DNA of 64,000 bases from Alphaproteobacteria bacterium (GTDB taxonomy: Bacteria > Pseudomonadota > Alphaproteobacteria > UBA2966 > CAIVPW01), in the NCBI GenBank assembly GCA_016869235.1, contig VGER01000004.1:5454-69453 (forward strand), read 5' to 3'. How positions within the stretch are numbered: position 1 is the first letter of the stretch; each line of letters opens with the position of its first letter. Position numbers and translations under genes: made by a program. The notes under the pieces were generated by a model. The model was given only the letters and a program-made list of their open reading frames with translations. It did not search any database and was not told the DNA's origin. Shown piece by piece: positions 10,620 through 19,741 of the stretch.

Positions 10620-11936
10620 ATGCCAACCCTGTTCGAAGCCGCGCACTTCGCCGATTCGGCGCCGCGGCCGCTCGCCGAGCGGCTGCGCCCGGCGCGGCTC
10701 AAGGACGTCGTCGGCCAGGAGCGCCTGCTCGGACCGGGCGGGCCGATCGGCCGCATGGTGGCCGCCAATCGCGTGGCCTCGATGATCCTGTGGGGCCCGG
10801 CCGGCACCGGCAAGACCACCGTCGCCCGGCTACTGACCCAGCAAACGGGTCTCCACTTCGAGCAGCTGTCGGCGGTGTTCTCGGGCGTGGGCGACCTGCG
10901 CAAGGGGTTCGAGGCCGCGCGCGCCCGACGTGCGGATGGCCAGGGAACGGTCCTGTTCGTCGACGAGATCCACCGCTTCAATCGCTCGCAGCAGGACGGG
11001 TTTCTGCCCTACGTCGAGGACGGCACCGTGGTCCTCATCGGCGCCACCACCGAGAATCCATCCTTCGAGCTGAACCCGCCGCTTTTGTCGCGCGCCCAGG
11101 TGCTGGTGTTCCGCCGGCTCGACGACAGCGCGCTGGAGACGCTGCTGACGCGTGCCGAGGCGCTGGAAGGCCGCGCCCTGCCGCTCGATGCCGACGCCCG
11201 CGCCGCCTTGCGCGCCATGGCGGACGGCGACGGCCGCTACGTGCTCAACCTCGCCGAGGAGCTGTTCGCGCTGAAGGCGAAGGCGCCGCTGGATACGCGC
11301 GCGCTGTCCGAGGCGATCCAGAAACGCGCGCCCATCTACGACAAGGCGCGCGAGGGTCACTACAACCTCGTCAGCGCGCTGCACAAGGCTGTGCGGGGCT
11401 CCGACGTGGACGCGGCGCTCTACTGGCTGGCGCGGATGTTCGCCGGTGGAGAGGACCCCCTCTACATCGCGCGCCGCGTCGTGCGCATGGCGGTGGAGGA
11501 CATCGGGCTCGCCGATCCTGCCGCCCTGGCGCAGACGCTCGCCGCCAAAGACGCCTACGATTTCCTGGGCTCGCCCGAAGGTGAGCTCGCCATCGCCCAG
11601 GCGGTCATCTACCTGGCCACGGCGCCCAAGTCGAACGCCGCCTACAGTGCGTTCGGCAAGGCGACCCAGCGCGCCAACGAGACGGGCTCGCTGGCGCCGC
11701 CCATGTACGCCATGAATGCTCCGACGCGCCTGATGAAGGATCTCGGCTACAGCCGAGGTTATCAGTACGACCACGACGCACCCGAAGCCTTCGCCGGCGC
11801 TAACTATTTTCCACCCGAGATGCCGCGCGAGACCTATTACGAGCCGGCGGCGCGCGGCTTCGAGCAGGAGATCGCCGCGCGCCTGCAGAAGTGGGCCGCC
11901 ATTCGTAACGCGCAGGGGCGCCGTGCCCAAGGCTGA
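10620..11936 (+). CDS. rarA: Replication-associated recombination protein A (MgsA/RarA AAA+ ATPase)
   Basis: PLAERLRP, Walker A GPAGTGKTT, FVDEIHRFNRSQQD, GATTENPSF, EDIGLADP. Confidence 0.95.
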   Translation: MPTLFEAAHFADSAPRPLAERLRPARLKDVVGQERLLGPGGPIGRMVAANRVASMILWGPAGTGKTTVARLLTQQTGLHFEQLSAVFSGVGDLRKGFEAARARRADGQGTVLFVDEIHRFNRSQQDGFLPYVEDGTVVLIGATTENPSFELNPPLLSRAQVLVFRRLDDSALETLLTRAEALEGRALPLDADARAALRAMADGDGRYVLNLAEELFALKAKAPLDTRALSEAIQKRAPIYDKAREGHYNLVSALHKAVRGSDVDAALYWLARMFAGGEDPLYIARRVVRMAVEDIGLADPAALAQTLAAKDAYDFLGSPEGELAIAQAVIYLATAPKSNAAYSAFGKATQRANETGSLAPPMYAMNAPTRLMKDLGYSRGYQYDHDAPEAFAGANYFPPEMPRETYYEPAARGFEQEIAARLQKWAAIRNAQGRRAQG

Positions 11937-12960
11937 GACGCCCAACTACCTTGCGGTGCAGACCGTCGCCGTGACGGCCTCGGACGCCGGCGCGCGCCTC
12001 GACCGCTGGTTCCAGCGCCACATCCCGGAGCTCGGTCATGGCCGCCTGCAGAAGCTCCTGCGCACCGCGCAGGTGAAGGTCGATGGCAGCCGCGCCACGG
12101 CCAGCCAGCGCCTGGAGGCGGGACAGACCATCCGCATTCCGCCGCTGCCCGGTCTCGGCGAAAAACGTGAGCCGAAGAAGCCCGCCGCGGTGACGGAGGG
12201 CAAGGACGCCGCCGACCTCGTCGCGCGCGTGCTCTACCGCGACGAGGACGTGATCGCGCTGAACAAGCCGTCGGGCCTCGCCGTGCAGGGTGGCACCGGC
12301 ACGGCCAAGCACATCGACGGCATGCTCGATGCGCTGCGCTTTGGTGCCGACGCGCGGCCCAGGCTTGTGCATCGCCTCGATCGCGACACCTCGGGCGTAC
12401 TCTTGTTGGCGCGGACGGCGCGCGCGGCGGCGTTCCTCGCCAAGGCGTTCCAGGGCCGCAACGTGCGGAAGACCTACTGGGCGTTGACCCGTGGCGTGCC
12501 CTCACCGAGGGCAGGAACCATCGATGTGCCGCTCGCCAAGGCAGAAGGACCCATGGGCGGCGAGCGCATGGAGGAATCAGAGGAAGGCGACCGCGCCGTC
12601 ACCGACTACCGGGTGGTGGAGGACTTGGTGCGCGCCGCCTGGGTCGAGCTGATGCCGCTCACCGGCCGCACCCACCAGTTGCGCGCCCACATGGCGGCGA
12701 TCGGCACGCCCATCGTGGGCGATCGCAAGTATGGAGGCTCCGAGGCGGTGCTGCCGGGTATTGCGCCGAAGCTGCACCTCCACGCCGCGGCGTTGGCGCT
12801 ACGATTGCCGTCGGGCAAGCAGTGGCACGTCACGGCGCCGTTGCCGGAGCACATGCGGGCAACCTGGAAGCTGATGGGCTTCGCGGAGAAGCCGCAACGA
12901 CACGGCGAGGGCCGGCGGCCGGCGCGGAGCGTGCGCGCGCCCCGTCGTCATTCAGGCTAG
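11923..12960 (+). CDS. rluC: RluA/RluC-family pseudouridine synthase with S4 domain
   Basis: N-terminal S4, NKPSGL, HRLDRDTSG, TGRTHQLR. Confidence 0.85.
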   Translation: MPKAETPNYLAVQTVAVTASDAGARLDRWFQRHIPELGHGRLQKLLRTAQVKVDGSRATASQRLEAGQTIRIPPLPGLGEKREPKKPAAVTEGKDAADLVARVLYRDEDVIALNKPSGLAVQGGTGTAKHIDGMLDALRFGADARPRLVHRLDRDTSGVLLLARTARAAAFLAKAFQGRNVRKTYWALTRGVPSPRAGTIDVPLAKAEGPMGGERMEESEEGDRAVTDYRVVEDLVRAAWVELMPLTGRTHQLRAHMAAIGTPIVGDRKYGGSEAVLPGIAPKLHLHAAALALRLPSGKQWHVTAPLPEHMRATWKLMGFAEKPQRHGEGRRPARSVRAPRRHSG

Positions 12961-12974
12961 CTTTGTGAAGGTTC

Positions 12975-13069
12975 GGAGTGCGGGGGCGTGCACCAACCCC
13001 TGGGGAGCACTCGGTTGGAAGCAACGTTCCCCCGCACTTCCAAGCGTGAGCATTACTGCGCACGGGAAG
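12975..13069 (-). ncRNA. Candidate structured small RNA (strand uncertain)
   Basis: Nested stems AGTGCGGGGG/CCCCCGCACT and CCAACC/GGTTGG; minus-strand loop contains CTCCCC. Confidence 0.3.
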
Positions 13070-13145
13070 CTTTCGCATCGTGGCTAATTGACGCACCGCA
13101 AGCCTTTGATATTTCTAGCGTAAGTCACCGAACCTGAGGCGGAGG

Positions 13146-13859
13146 ATGAACGTCACCCCCGAAGCCGCGAACTTCGTGCCGGTTGTGGTTCCCGCCGGCA
13201 TTGCATTCGAGGTGCATGCCGGCAAGCGCCGTTTGTCGGTGAAGCCCGGTATTCCGCTGCAGCTGCCCGGCCAGGCGCTCGCCGGCGCCATCTGCGAGGA
13301 ATGGCAAGCGGCCGGTCCGCAGGCGCGCATGGCCGACCTGCGGCTGGCCCGTCTCGCCATAGCCGCGGTCGAAGCCGCGGCCGCCCGTGCCAACATCGAG
13401 GCGGCGTTGCTCGCCTACGTGCACACCGACCTGGTCTGCTATTGGTCGGCCGAGGACGCCCCGCTCGCGCTGCGCGTGCGCCAGGCCACGGCGTGGCAGC
13501 CGATGCTGAACTGGGCCAACCAGGCGTTCGGCGTGCGGCTGCGCGTCACGCACGGCATCGTGCCGGCCCAGCAGGATGAGACGACAGTAGCTCGGATTGG
13601 TCACGTCATCGCGGCGACATCGCCGGCCGAACTGATCGCGTTGCGTCTCGCCGGCGCGGCCGCGGGCTCACTCATCATCGGCTTGGGCCTGCTGCGTGGC
13701 GCCTGGGGAGTGGACGAGGCGTACGCCGCCAGCACCGTGGACGAGGCCTACCAGATGGAGCGCTGGGGCACCGATGCGGAGGCGGAAGTCTCGCTGGCCG
13801 CGCGGCGGACAGACCTTGGCGATGCGGTGCGGTTCCTGAAGCTGTGTAACGCGGCATGA
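13146..13859 (+). CDS. ATP12-family F1-ATPase assembly chaperone (divergent)
   Basis: EEW, TDLVCY, W.P.L.W, DEAYQMERWG.D.EA; usual neighbour of rluC in alphaproteobacteria. Confidence 0.85.
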   Translation: MNVTPEAANFVPVVVPAGIAFEVHAGKRRLSVKPGIPLQLPGQALAGAICEEWQAAGPQARMADLRLARLAIAAVEAAAARANIEAALLAYVHTDLVCYWSAEDAPLALRVRQATAWQPMLNWANQAFGVRLRVTHGIVPAQQDETTVARIGHVIAATSPAELIALRLAGAAAGSLIIGLGLLRGAWGVDEAYAASTVDEAYQMERWGTDAEAEVSLAARRTDLGDAVRFLKLCNAA

Positions 13860-14149
13860 GCGAGCGCGCGGTGCTCGTGCGCATCCGGGGCCGCGTCCAG
13901 GGCGTCGGCTACCGCGACTGGACTCAGCGGCGCGCGATGGAGCTGGGCGTCGACGGCTGGGTGCGCAATGTCGACGATGGCAGCGTCGAAGCCTTATTGG
14001 CCGGCGCGCGCGTCAGCGTCGAGCGCATGGTGACGGAGTGCCGCAGAGGGCCTCCGGCCGCCCAAGTTACGGCCCTCGAAGAAGAGGACGCGACCGCCGA
14101 GGGCTAGGCCCTGGCTCCCGGGCGCGGCTTCCGTATCCGCTACGTTTGA
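13856..14149 (+). pseudogene. acyP: Acylphosphatase; premature TAG at 14105-14107 cuts off the last strand
   Basis: GRVQGVGYR, GWVRN, GPPAA; reading past TAG gives [16 protein letters not shown], the typical F.IR terminus. Confidence 0.7.
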
Positions 14150-14820
14150 GCGCCGACCGTCGCGTCGAAGGCCCGCCGCAGCGCCGCGTCCAGGTCCTGC
14201 ATGGTCGAGGCCCCTCCCAGTGCCGCCAGCGACGTGACGCCATGCTCGCGCACGCCGCACGGCACGATGCCGGCGAACTTGCCAAGGTCGGGGTTCACGT
14301 TGATGGCGATGCCGTGGAACGTCACCCATCGCCGTATCCGTACGCCGACGGCGGCGATCTTGGCTTCGCCTCCCGCACCTGGCCCGGCGACCCAGATGCC
14401 GATGCGGCCAGCCCGCCGCTCGCCCCGCACGCCGAGCTCGCCGAGGGCGCGAATGATCCACTCCTCGAGACCCTGCACATAGGCGCGCACATCCCGGCCC
14501 CGTTGGTGCAGGTCGGCCATGACGTAGGCGATGCGCTGTCCGGGGCCATGGTAGGTGTACCGGCCGCCACGGCCGCTGGGGTAGACGGGCAGGGCGTCGG
14601 GCGCCAGAAGCTCGGCCGGATCGGCGCTGGTCCCGGCGGTATAGAGAGGCGGGTGCTCCAGCAGCCAAACGAGCTCCTCGGCGCGGCCGGCCAGGATGCC
14701 CGCGACCCGGGCTTCCATGCGGTCCACGGCCTCGGGGTAGGGGACCAGGCCGGGGCTGGTTTGCCAGGCGAATCCCTGCCCCGCCACGGCCGGCCGCCTT
14801 AACTCGTTGCTAACGCTCAT
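14140..14820 (-). CDS. lipB: Lipoyl(octanoyl) transferase
   Basis: [35 protein letters not shown]. Confidence 0.95.
   Translation of the reverse strand: MSVSNELRRPAVAGQGFAWQTSPGLVPYPEAVDRMEARVAGILAGRAEELVWLLEHPPLYTAGTSADPAELLAPDALPVYPSGRGGRYTYHGPGQRIAYVMADLHQRGRDVRAYVQGLEEWIIRALGELGVRGERRAGRIGIWVAGPGAGGEAKIAAVGVRIRRWVTFHGIAINVNPDLGKFAGIVPCGVREHGVTSLAALGGASTMQDLDAALRRAFDATVGAQT
14799..14814 (+). promoter_or_regulatory. CtrA-box-like motif upstream of the fliN-like gene
   Basis: TTAA-CTCGTTG-CTAAC, one mismatch to TTAA-N7-TTAAC. Confidence 0.45.
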
Positions 14821-14885
14821 GACCGCATCCTAGCCTGACCAACAAAGGCGCCGGCCCATGGCCGCCGCCCATTCTGGGGACCGAA

Positions 14886-15242
14886 ATGGCCGCTGACCAT
14901 CCGCTCTCCGCTGCAATGAATATGGGGGACATGACCTCCGCCGCCGACCAGCAGGTGCCGGAAATGCCCACCAAGCGCGGGCCGCAGCGCCGCAACCGCC
15001 AGAAGGAGCCGGCGTTCAACGAGATCTCGGTCGAGCTTTCGGTGGTCCTGGGCCGCGCCAGGATGCCCATCCACCAGCTGCTGAAGAGGGGCCGCGGCGC
15101 GGTCATCGAGCTTGGCGCCTCGGTGGACGACGATGCCGCCATCTACGCCAACAACCGCCTGATCGCCCGGGGCCAGGTGGTTGTCGTCGGCGAGAATATC
15201 GCCATCTCCATCACCGAAACGGTGCCGATCACCGAGATGTAG
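14886..15242 (+). CDS. FliM/FliN C-terminal (SpoA) domain protein
   Basis: ISVELSVVLG...MPIHQLL..GRGAVIEL, NNRLIARGQVVVV; start uncertain. Confidence 0.85.
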   Translation: MAADHPLSAAMNMGDMTSAADQQVPEMPTKRGPQRRNRQKEPAFNEISVELSVVLGRARMPIHQLLKRGRGAVIELGASVDDDAAIYANNRLIARGQVVVVGENIAISITETVPITEM

Positions 15243-15333
15243 CGCTCTGCGCCCCACCCGAGGGAGCACCCAATTCCTTGAACGCCCCTTGGGGATTTGC
15301 TATCCCCGGGACCCCAAGCCTCAATTCCTTCGT

Positions 15334-15420
15334 GCGGTTGTGGCGGAACTGGTAGACGCGCAGCGTTGAGGTCGCTGTGGGCGTAAGCTCGTGGAGGTTC
15401 GAGTCCTCTCAACCGCACCA
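15334..15420 (+). tRNA. tRNA-Leu (GAG)
   Basis: Acceptor GCGGTTG/CAACCGC, anticodon arm CAGCG-TTGAGGT-CGCTG, long variable arm, GTTCGAGTC T-loop, encoded CCA. Confidence 0.96.
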
Positions 15421-15573
15421 CCTCTCTTCGAACCATCGCCTCGGGCCCGAGGTTAGGCCCAAGGTTCATCCAGCGGACAAGTCGGACGGAAACGTGCGCG
15501 GCGCGCTTTTGCGGCCCACGGCGCGGGTGTAGGTTCGCGCCGAATTCACCCGCCGGACCAAGGGCGAGTCCGC

Positions 15574-16983
15574 ATGACCGAGCCGGCGCTCGACCAGACC
15601 CTTCCGGAACCGCCCAAGGACGCGGTGCCGCCGCCGGACGAGCACGCGGGCGTATCGCCGGAGCAGGTTGTGGCCGTGCGCGAGGCCCTCGCCGCCGGCG
15701 ACCTCGAACGAGCCGCCGCCCTCGTCAGCGATCTGCACGCCGCCGACGCCGCGGCGCTCATCAGCCAACTCGACGATGCTCCCCGCCAGTCGCTGGTCGA
15801 AGCACTGCGCGGCCGCATCGACGCAGAGGTGCTGGCAAGCCTCGAAGGCCCCGTCCAGGAGGAGGTGCTCGAGCAACTCGGTCCCGAGGAGGTCGCGAGC
15901 GCCGTCGCCGAGCTCGAGACCGACGACGCCGTGCAGGTGGTCGCCGCGCTCGACGAAGCGCGGCGCGACGAAGTGCTCGAGGCGGTGCCGAGCACCGAAC
16001 GCACGCAGATCGAGCAGGGCCTCGCGTACCCCGAGGAGTCGGCCGGCCGACTCATGCAGGGGACCTTCATCGCCATGCCGGAGTTCTGGTCGGTCGGCCA
16101 GGCCATCGACTACCTGCGCGACGCCGACGACCTGCCCGATGAGTTCTACGAGCTGTTCGTCACCGATCCGGACGGCAAGCCGCTCGGCACCATCCCGCTC
16201 AATCGCTTTCTCAAGGCGAAGCGGCACGTCGTCCTGCGCGACATCCTCGATACCGACAAGAAGTTTCTGCCCACCGATATGGACCAGGAAGAGGTCGCGT
16301 ACCAGTTCCAGCAGTACGACATGCCGTCCGCCGGCGTGGTAGACGAGCGCGGCCGCCTGGTGGGCGTGATTATGATCGACGACGTGGTCGACGTCGTGCG
16401 CGAGGAGGTCGAGGAGGACCTGCTCGCACTGTCCGGCGTCAGCGAGGCAGGCTTCGCGCGCTCGGTGCGCACCGTGACGCGCGCCCGCTTTCCGTGGCTG
16501 TTCGCCAACGTCCTCACCGCGTTCCTCGCCGCCGCAGTGATCGGCTTTTTCGAGGGCACCATCGAGCAGATGGTGGCGGCGGCGGTGCTGATGCCGATTG
16601 TCGCCAGCATGGGCGGCAACGCCGGCAATCAGACGGTAGCGGTCGCTGTGCGGGCCATCGCCACCCACTCGCTCACTCCGGCGAACGCCGGCCGCATCGT
16701 GCTCAACGAACTGCTGGTGGGCGGCGCCAACGGCGTCATCTTCGCCGTGCTGGTGGGGGTGGTTGGCGGCCTGTGGTTCGGCCAGCCGGAGCTCGGCTTC
16801 GTGTTCGGCCTGGCGATGTTCCTCAACCTCCTGGCGGCGGCGCTCGCAGGCATTCTCGTCCCGCTTGGGCTGGCCCGCGCCGGCGTGGATCCGGCGGTCT
16901 CCTCCAGCGTGTTCGTCACCACGGTGACCGACGTAGTCGGCTTCTTCGCCTTCCTCGGCCTCGTGACGGTGCTGCTGCTCTAG
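15574..16983 (+). CDS. mgtE: Magnesium transporter MgtE
   Basis: Acidic N-domain, CBS pair (ESAGRLM), MPIVASMGGNAG, DPA..S..FVTT.TD. Confidence 0.95.
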   Translation: MTEPALDQTLPEPPKDAVPPPDEHAGVSPEQVVAVREALAAGDLERAAALVSDLHAADAAALISQLDDAPRQSLVEALRGRIDAEVLASLEGPVQEEVLEQLGPEEVASAVAELETDDAVQVVAALDEARRDEVLEAVPSTERTQIEQGLAYPEESAGRLMQGTFIAMPEFWSVGQAIDYLRDADDLPDEFYELFVTDPDGKPLGTIPLNRFLKAKRHVVLRDILDTDKKFLPTDMDQEEVAYQFQQYDMPSAGVVDERGRLVGVIMIDDVVDVVREEVEEDLLALSGVSEAGFARSVRTVTRARFPWLFANVLTAFLAAAVIGFFEGTIEQMVAAAVLMPIVASMGGNAGNQTVAVAVRAIATHSLTPANAGRIVLNELLVGGANGVIFAVLVGVVGGLWFGQPELGFVFGLAMFLNLLAAALAGILVPLGLARAGVDPAVSSSVFVTTVTDVVGFFAFLGLVTVLLL

Positions 16984-17747
16984 AAGCGCCTTCCCACCAG
17001 GAAGCTTGCCGAGTGGCCGTAGGAGGCCGACAGGTTCGTCGTGTCCGCCCGTCCCAAGACGAACGAAAAGCGCCCGTCCACGCCTACATAGCCGCCGTTG
17101 CGCAGGTTGCGGATCAGGCTCAGGTACGGCGTCACGTCGTTGATGCCGGTGGCGCCGTCCTCGAAGTGGGCATAGTTGTACTTCTTCGAGCCGTAGTGGC
17201 CTTCGATCCCGACGAACAGGCTGGAGTTCTCCGACAGCGGGTTGCCGCGCGCCACGCCGAACGCGCCGCGGATCCCCTTGTGGCTCGATAGGGCGTACTT
17301 CAGGTCGGCGTTGAGACGCCACGGTCCCGAATAGCGCAGCCAGAAGAACCCGAGCTCGGCGGTGGCGCCGATGTCGTCCGTACCGGCGAGGAAGGCGTCG
17401 TCGCCCTGCTTGCGACCCCAGTCGTAGGTGATGCGCGGCCCCGCCAGCGTTTGTCCCGAGTTGATCCAGTTGAAGCCGAGGCCGCGCTGGGTGCTGAAGA
17501 AGTACCGGTTGCGCCACTCGACATCGATCAGCGGTAGCGCCACGACCTTATCGTCGCGCGAGTACTGGTACGTTCCCGCGACGCCGACGCCCACTGCCAG
17601 GTTCACTTTCCACGCGTTGTCCGATCGCCAACGCATGGCGTTGCCCACCGACAGCATCTGTTCGTAGTCCTGGGCCGCGGCCGGGTGGGCATGCGTGGCC
17701 AGTACGAGCACAAGGGAGAGCCCGAGGGAGAGGAAAAGCGCGCGCAT
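16980..17747 (-). CDS. MipA/OmpV-family outer membrane protein
   Basis: Signal peptide, alternating beta-strand pattern, G.DDI....ELG.F, C-terminal Phe. Confidence 0.7.
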   Translation of the reverse strand: MRALFLSLGLSLVLVLATHAHPAAAQDYEQMLSVGNAMRWRSDNAWKVNLAVGVGVAGTYQYSRDDKVVALPLIDVEWRNRYFFSTQRGLGFNWINSGQTLAGPRITYDWGRKQGDDAFLAGTDDIGATAELGFFWLRYSGPWRLNADLKYALSSHKGIRGAFGVARGNPLSENSSLFVGIEGHYGSKKYNYAHFEDGATGINDVTPYLSLIRNLRNGGYVGVDGRFSFVLGRADTTNLSASYGHSASFLVGRRF

Positions 17748-18850
17748 CCTTTCACCAGCGTCACCACCGCGCCTGCGATGGCCAATGCCGCCGTAAGCCC
17801 TGGTGATTCGATTCCGAACAGGTTGACCAAGCCACGAATACCATGCGGAGCGCGCCCTTGGAGCATGAAATCGGCTGGCGGCGCGCCGGGCGCCTGGATC
17901 TTCGGCCGTATGCCGGCAAAGGCGGGCTTGAGCGCGCTCTCCTTGATGTCGGGGTAGTAACGCTTGATCGCTGCGCAAAAGACCTTCGCCCGCGCCGCGT
18001 CCACGGTGTAATCGATCTCGTCCACCCATTCGTCGTCAGGCCCGAAGCGCGCTTTGCATGCCATGTCGAGCGTGTAATGGATGCCGAGACCGTCGCTGCG
18101 CGGCGTCGGATATACCAGACGCTGGAAGGGCGCCGCGCCCGCCAGCGAGAAGTACTGCCCCTTGTTGAGGTAACGCCGCGGGATCAGACTCTTCTGCATC
18201 CGCGGGATGCGGTCGGCGACTGACTGCGCGTTCAGCCCCGCCGCGTTCACCAGCACGCTGGAGCGCAGGACCGACTGGGTCGTGACGCCCACAGTCACCT
18301 CGAAGTGCGCGCCCATGGCGCGCGCCGATCGGAACGGGGTGCGAAGGACGAAAGTCGCGCCAGCGGCTTCGGCGTCGGACTGCATTGCCAGCATCAACGC
18401 CCGGCTATCGACGATGCCGGTGGAGTGCACATGCAGTGCGCCAACGCATCGCAGCGCCGGCTCGAGCTTCTGCGCCTCTGCGGCCGTCAGGAACTCCACC
18501 TTGCCGGCGGCATTCGCCACCGCGCGCGCGTGCAGGTCGTGTAGAATCGCCATCTCGGCGTCCTCAGTGGCGACGATGAGCTTGCCGACCTCACGGTGGG
18601 GGATCTTCTTCTCGGCGCAGTATTGGTAGAGCAGCCGCCGCCCGCGTACGCACAGCGCCGCCTTGAGGCTGTTCTTCGGGTAATAGATGCCGGCGTGGAT
18701 GACCTCGCTGGAGCGCGCGCTGGTCGCGCTGCCGACCGTGTCTGCCGCTTCCAGAACGACCACTTCCCGCTTGGCGAGGGCAAGCTGCCGCGCGACCGCG
18801 ATGCCCACGACGCCAGCTCCCACGACGATGCAGTCGACTTCTTGGACCAA
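17603..18850 (-). CDS. FAD-dependent oxidoreductase (L-2-hydroxyglutarate oxidase-like)
   Basis: GAGVVG, SARSSEVIHAGIYY, LGIHYT.D, FGPD, LFGIESPGLT; 3' end overlaps the mipA-like gene. Confidence 0.85.
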   Translation of the reverse strand: MVQEVDCIVVGAGVVGIAVARQLALAKREVVVLEAADTVGSATSARSSEVIHAGIYYPKNSLKAALCVRGRRLLYQYCAEKKIPHREVGKLIVATEDAEMAILHDLHARAVANAAGKVEFLTAAEAQKLEPALRCVGALHVHSTGIVDSRALMLAMQSDAEAAGATFVLRTPFRSARAMGAHFEVTVGVTTQSVLRSSVLVNAAGLNAQSVADRIPRMQKSLIPRRYLNKGQYFSLAGAAPFQRLVYPTPRSDGLGIHYTLDMACKARFGPDDEWVDEIDYTVDAARAKVFCAAIKRYYPDIKESALKPAFAGIRPKIQAPGAPPADFMLQGRAPHGIRGLVNLFGIESPGLTAALAIAGAVVTLVKGCARFSSPSGSPLCSYWPRMPTRPRPRTTNRCCRWATPCVGDRTTRGK

Positions 18851-19021
18851 CCGGTCTCCCCCTAAGCGTAGTGGTGCGGAGTGTTATGGGGCCTAGCGGC
18901 TGCGGTCAAGCCGCGGCCCGCCCGAACGTGCCAGTCTATCGCCCGGCTGTGACGGGCAACCGTCCGATCAGCGCGTTGACGCGTGTCGGCCCGCGACCCC
19001 ACATGCAGAAGCGATAGCTCG

Positions 19022-19732
19022 ATGAACGAAGAGAAGAGGATTCCCCTGCCTCCCGCCCAGGCGCGCCAGCGGGTGGACGCGTTCCTGACGCAGCTCGCCG
19101 CCGTCCCGGCGGTGCGCACCGCGGGTCCGCGCGGCCGCCTGCTGTTTGCGCTCGACGCCACCGCCAGCCGCGAGGCGGCCTGGGATCGCGCCTGCCAGAT
19201 CCAGGGCGAGATGTTCCAGGAAACTTCCGCCCTCGGAGGCCTCGACGTGCAGATGCTCTACTATCGTGGCTTCGGTGAATTCCACGCCACGCCGTGGGTG
19301 TCGGACTCGAAGGCGCTGATCGGCACCATGAGCGGCGTGCGCTGCCTCGCCGGCAAGACGCAGATCGCCCAAGTGCTGTGCCATGCGCTTGCCGAGGCGC
19401 GCGCGGGCAAGGTGAGCGCCCTGGTCTTCGTCGGTGATTGCGTCGAGGAGGACGTGGATACGTTGGGCGCGCTCGCCGGAGAACTCGGGGTTCGCGGCGT
19501 GCCGGCGTTCGTCTTCCAGGAAGGATTCGAGCCCGGCGCCGAGCGGGCCTTGCGCCAGGTGGCCCAGCTCAGCCGCGGTGCGTGGTGCCGCTTCGACGCA
19601 TCTTCGGCGTCGCAGCTGCGCGATCTCTTGGCCGCGGTCGCGGTCTATGCCGCTGGCGGGCGCAAGGCACTCGACGACTACAGTGCCAAGCGCAAGGGCC
19701 ACGTACACTTGCTTGCCAAGCAGTTGGAGTAG
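19022..19732 (+). CDS. VWA-domain protein
   Basis: LLFALDATASR (MIDAS-like), TQI, FVGD..EE. Confidence 0.8.
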   Translation: MNEEKRIPLPPAQARQRVDAFLTQLAAVPAVRTAGPRGRLLFALDATASREAAWDRACQIQGEMFQETSALGGLDVQMLYYRGFGEFHATPWVSDSKALIGTMSGVRCLAGKTQIAQVLCHALAEARAGKVSALVFVGDCVEEDVDTLGALAGELGVRGVPAFVFQEGFEPGAERALRQVAQLSRGAWCRFDASSASQLRDLLAAVAVYAAGGRKALDDYSAKRKGHVHLLAKQLE

Positions 19733-19741
19733 GGGACCGCC

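Noticed and set aside
12969..13135. 6S RNA
   Set aside because: The length is similar, but it lacks a continuous rod with central bubble and the usual zapA/ygfA context; kept only as a generic sRNA candidate.
15334..15470. tRNA-Leu as an island or prophage integration site
   Set aside because: No integrase is present, I saw no duplicated tRNA 3' end, and mgtE follows directly.
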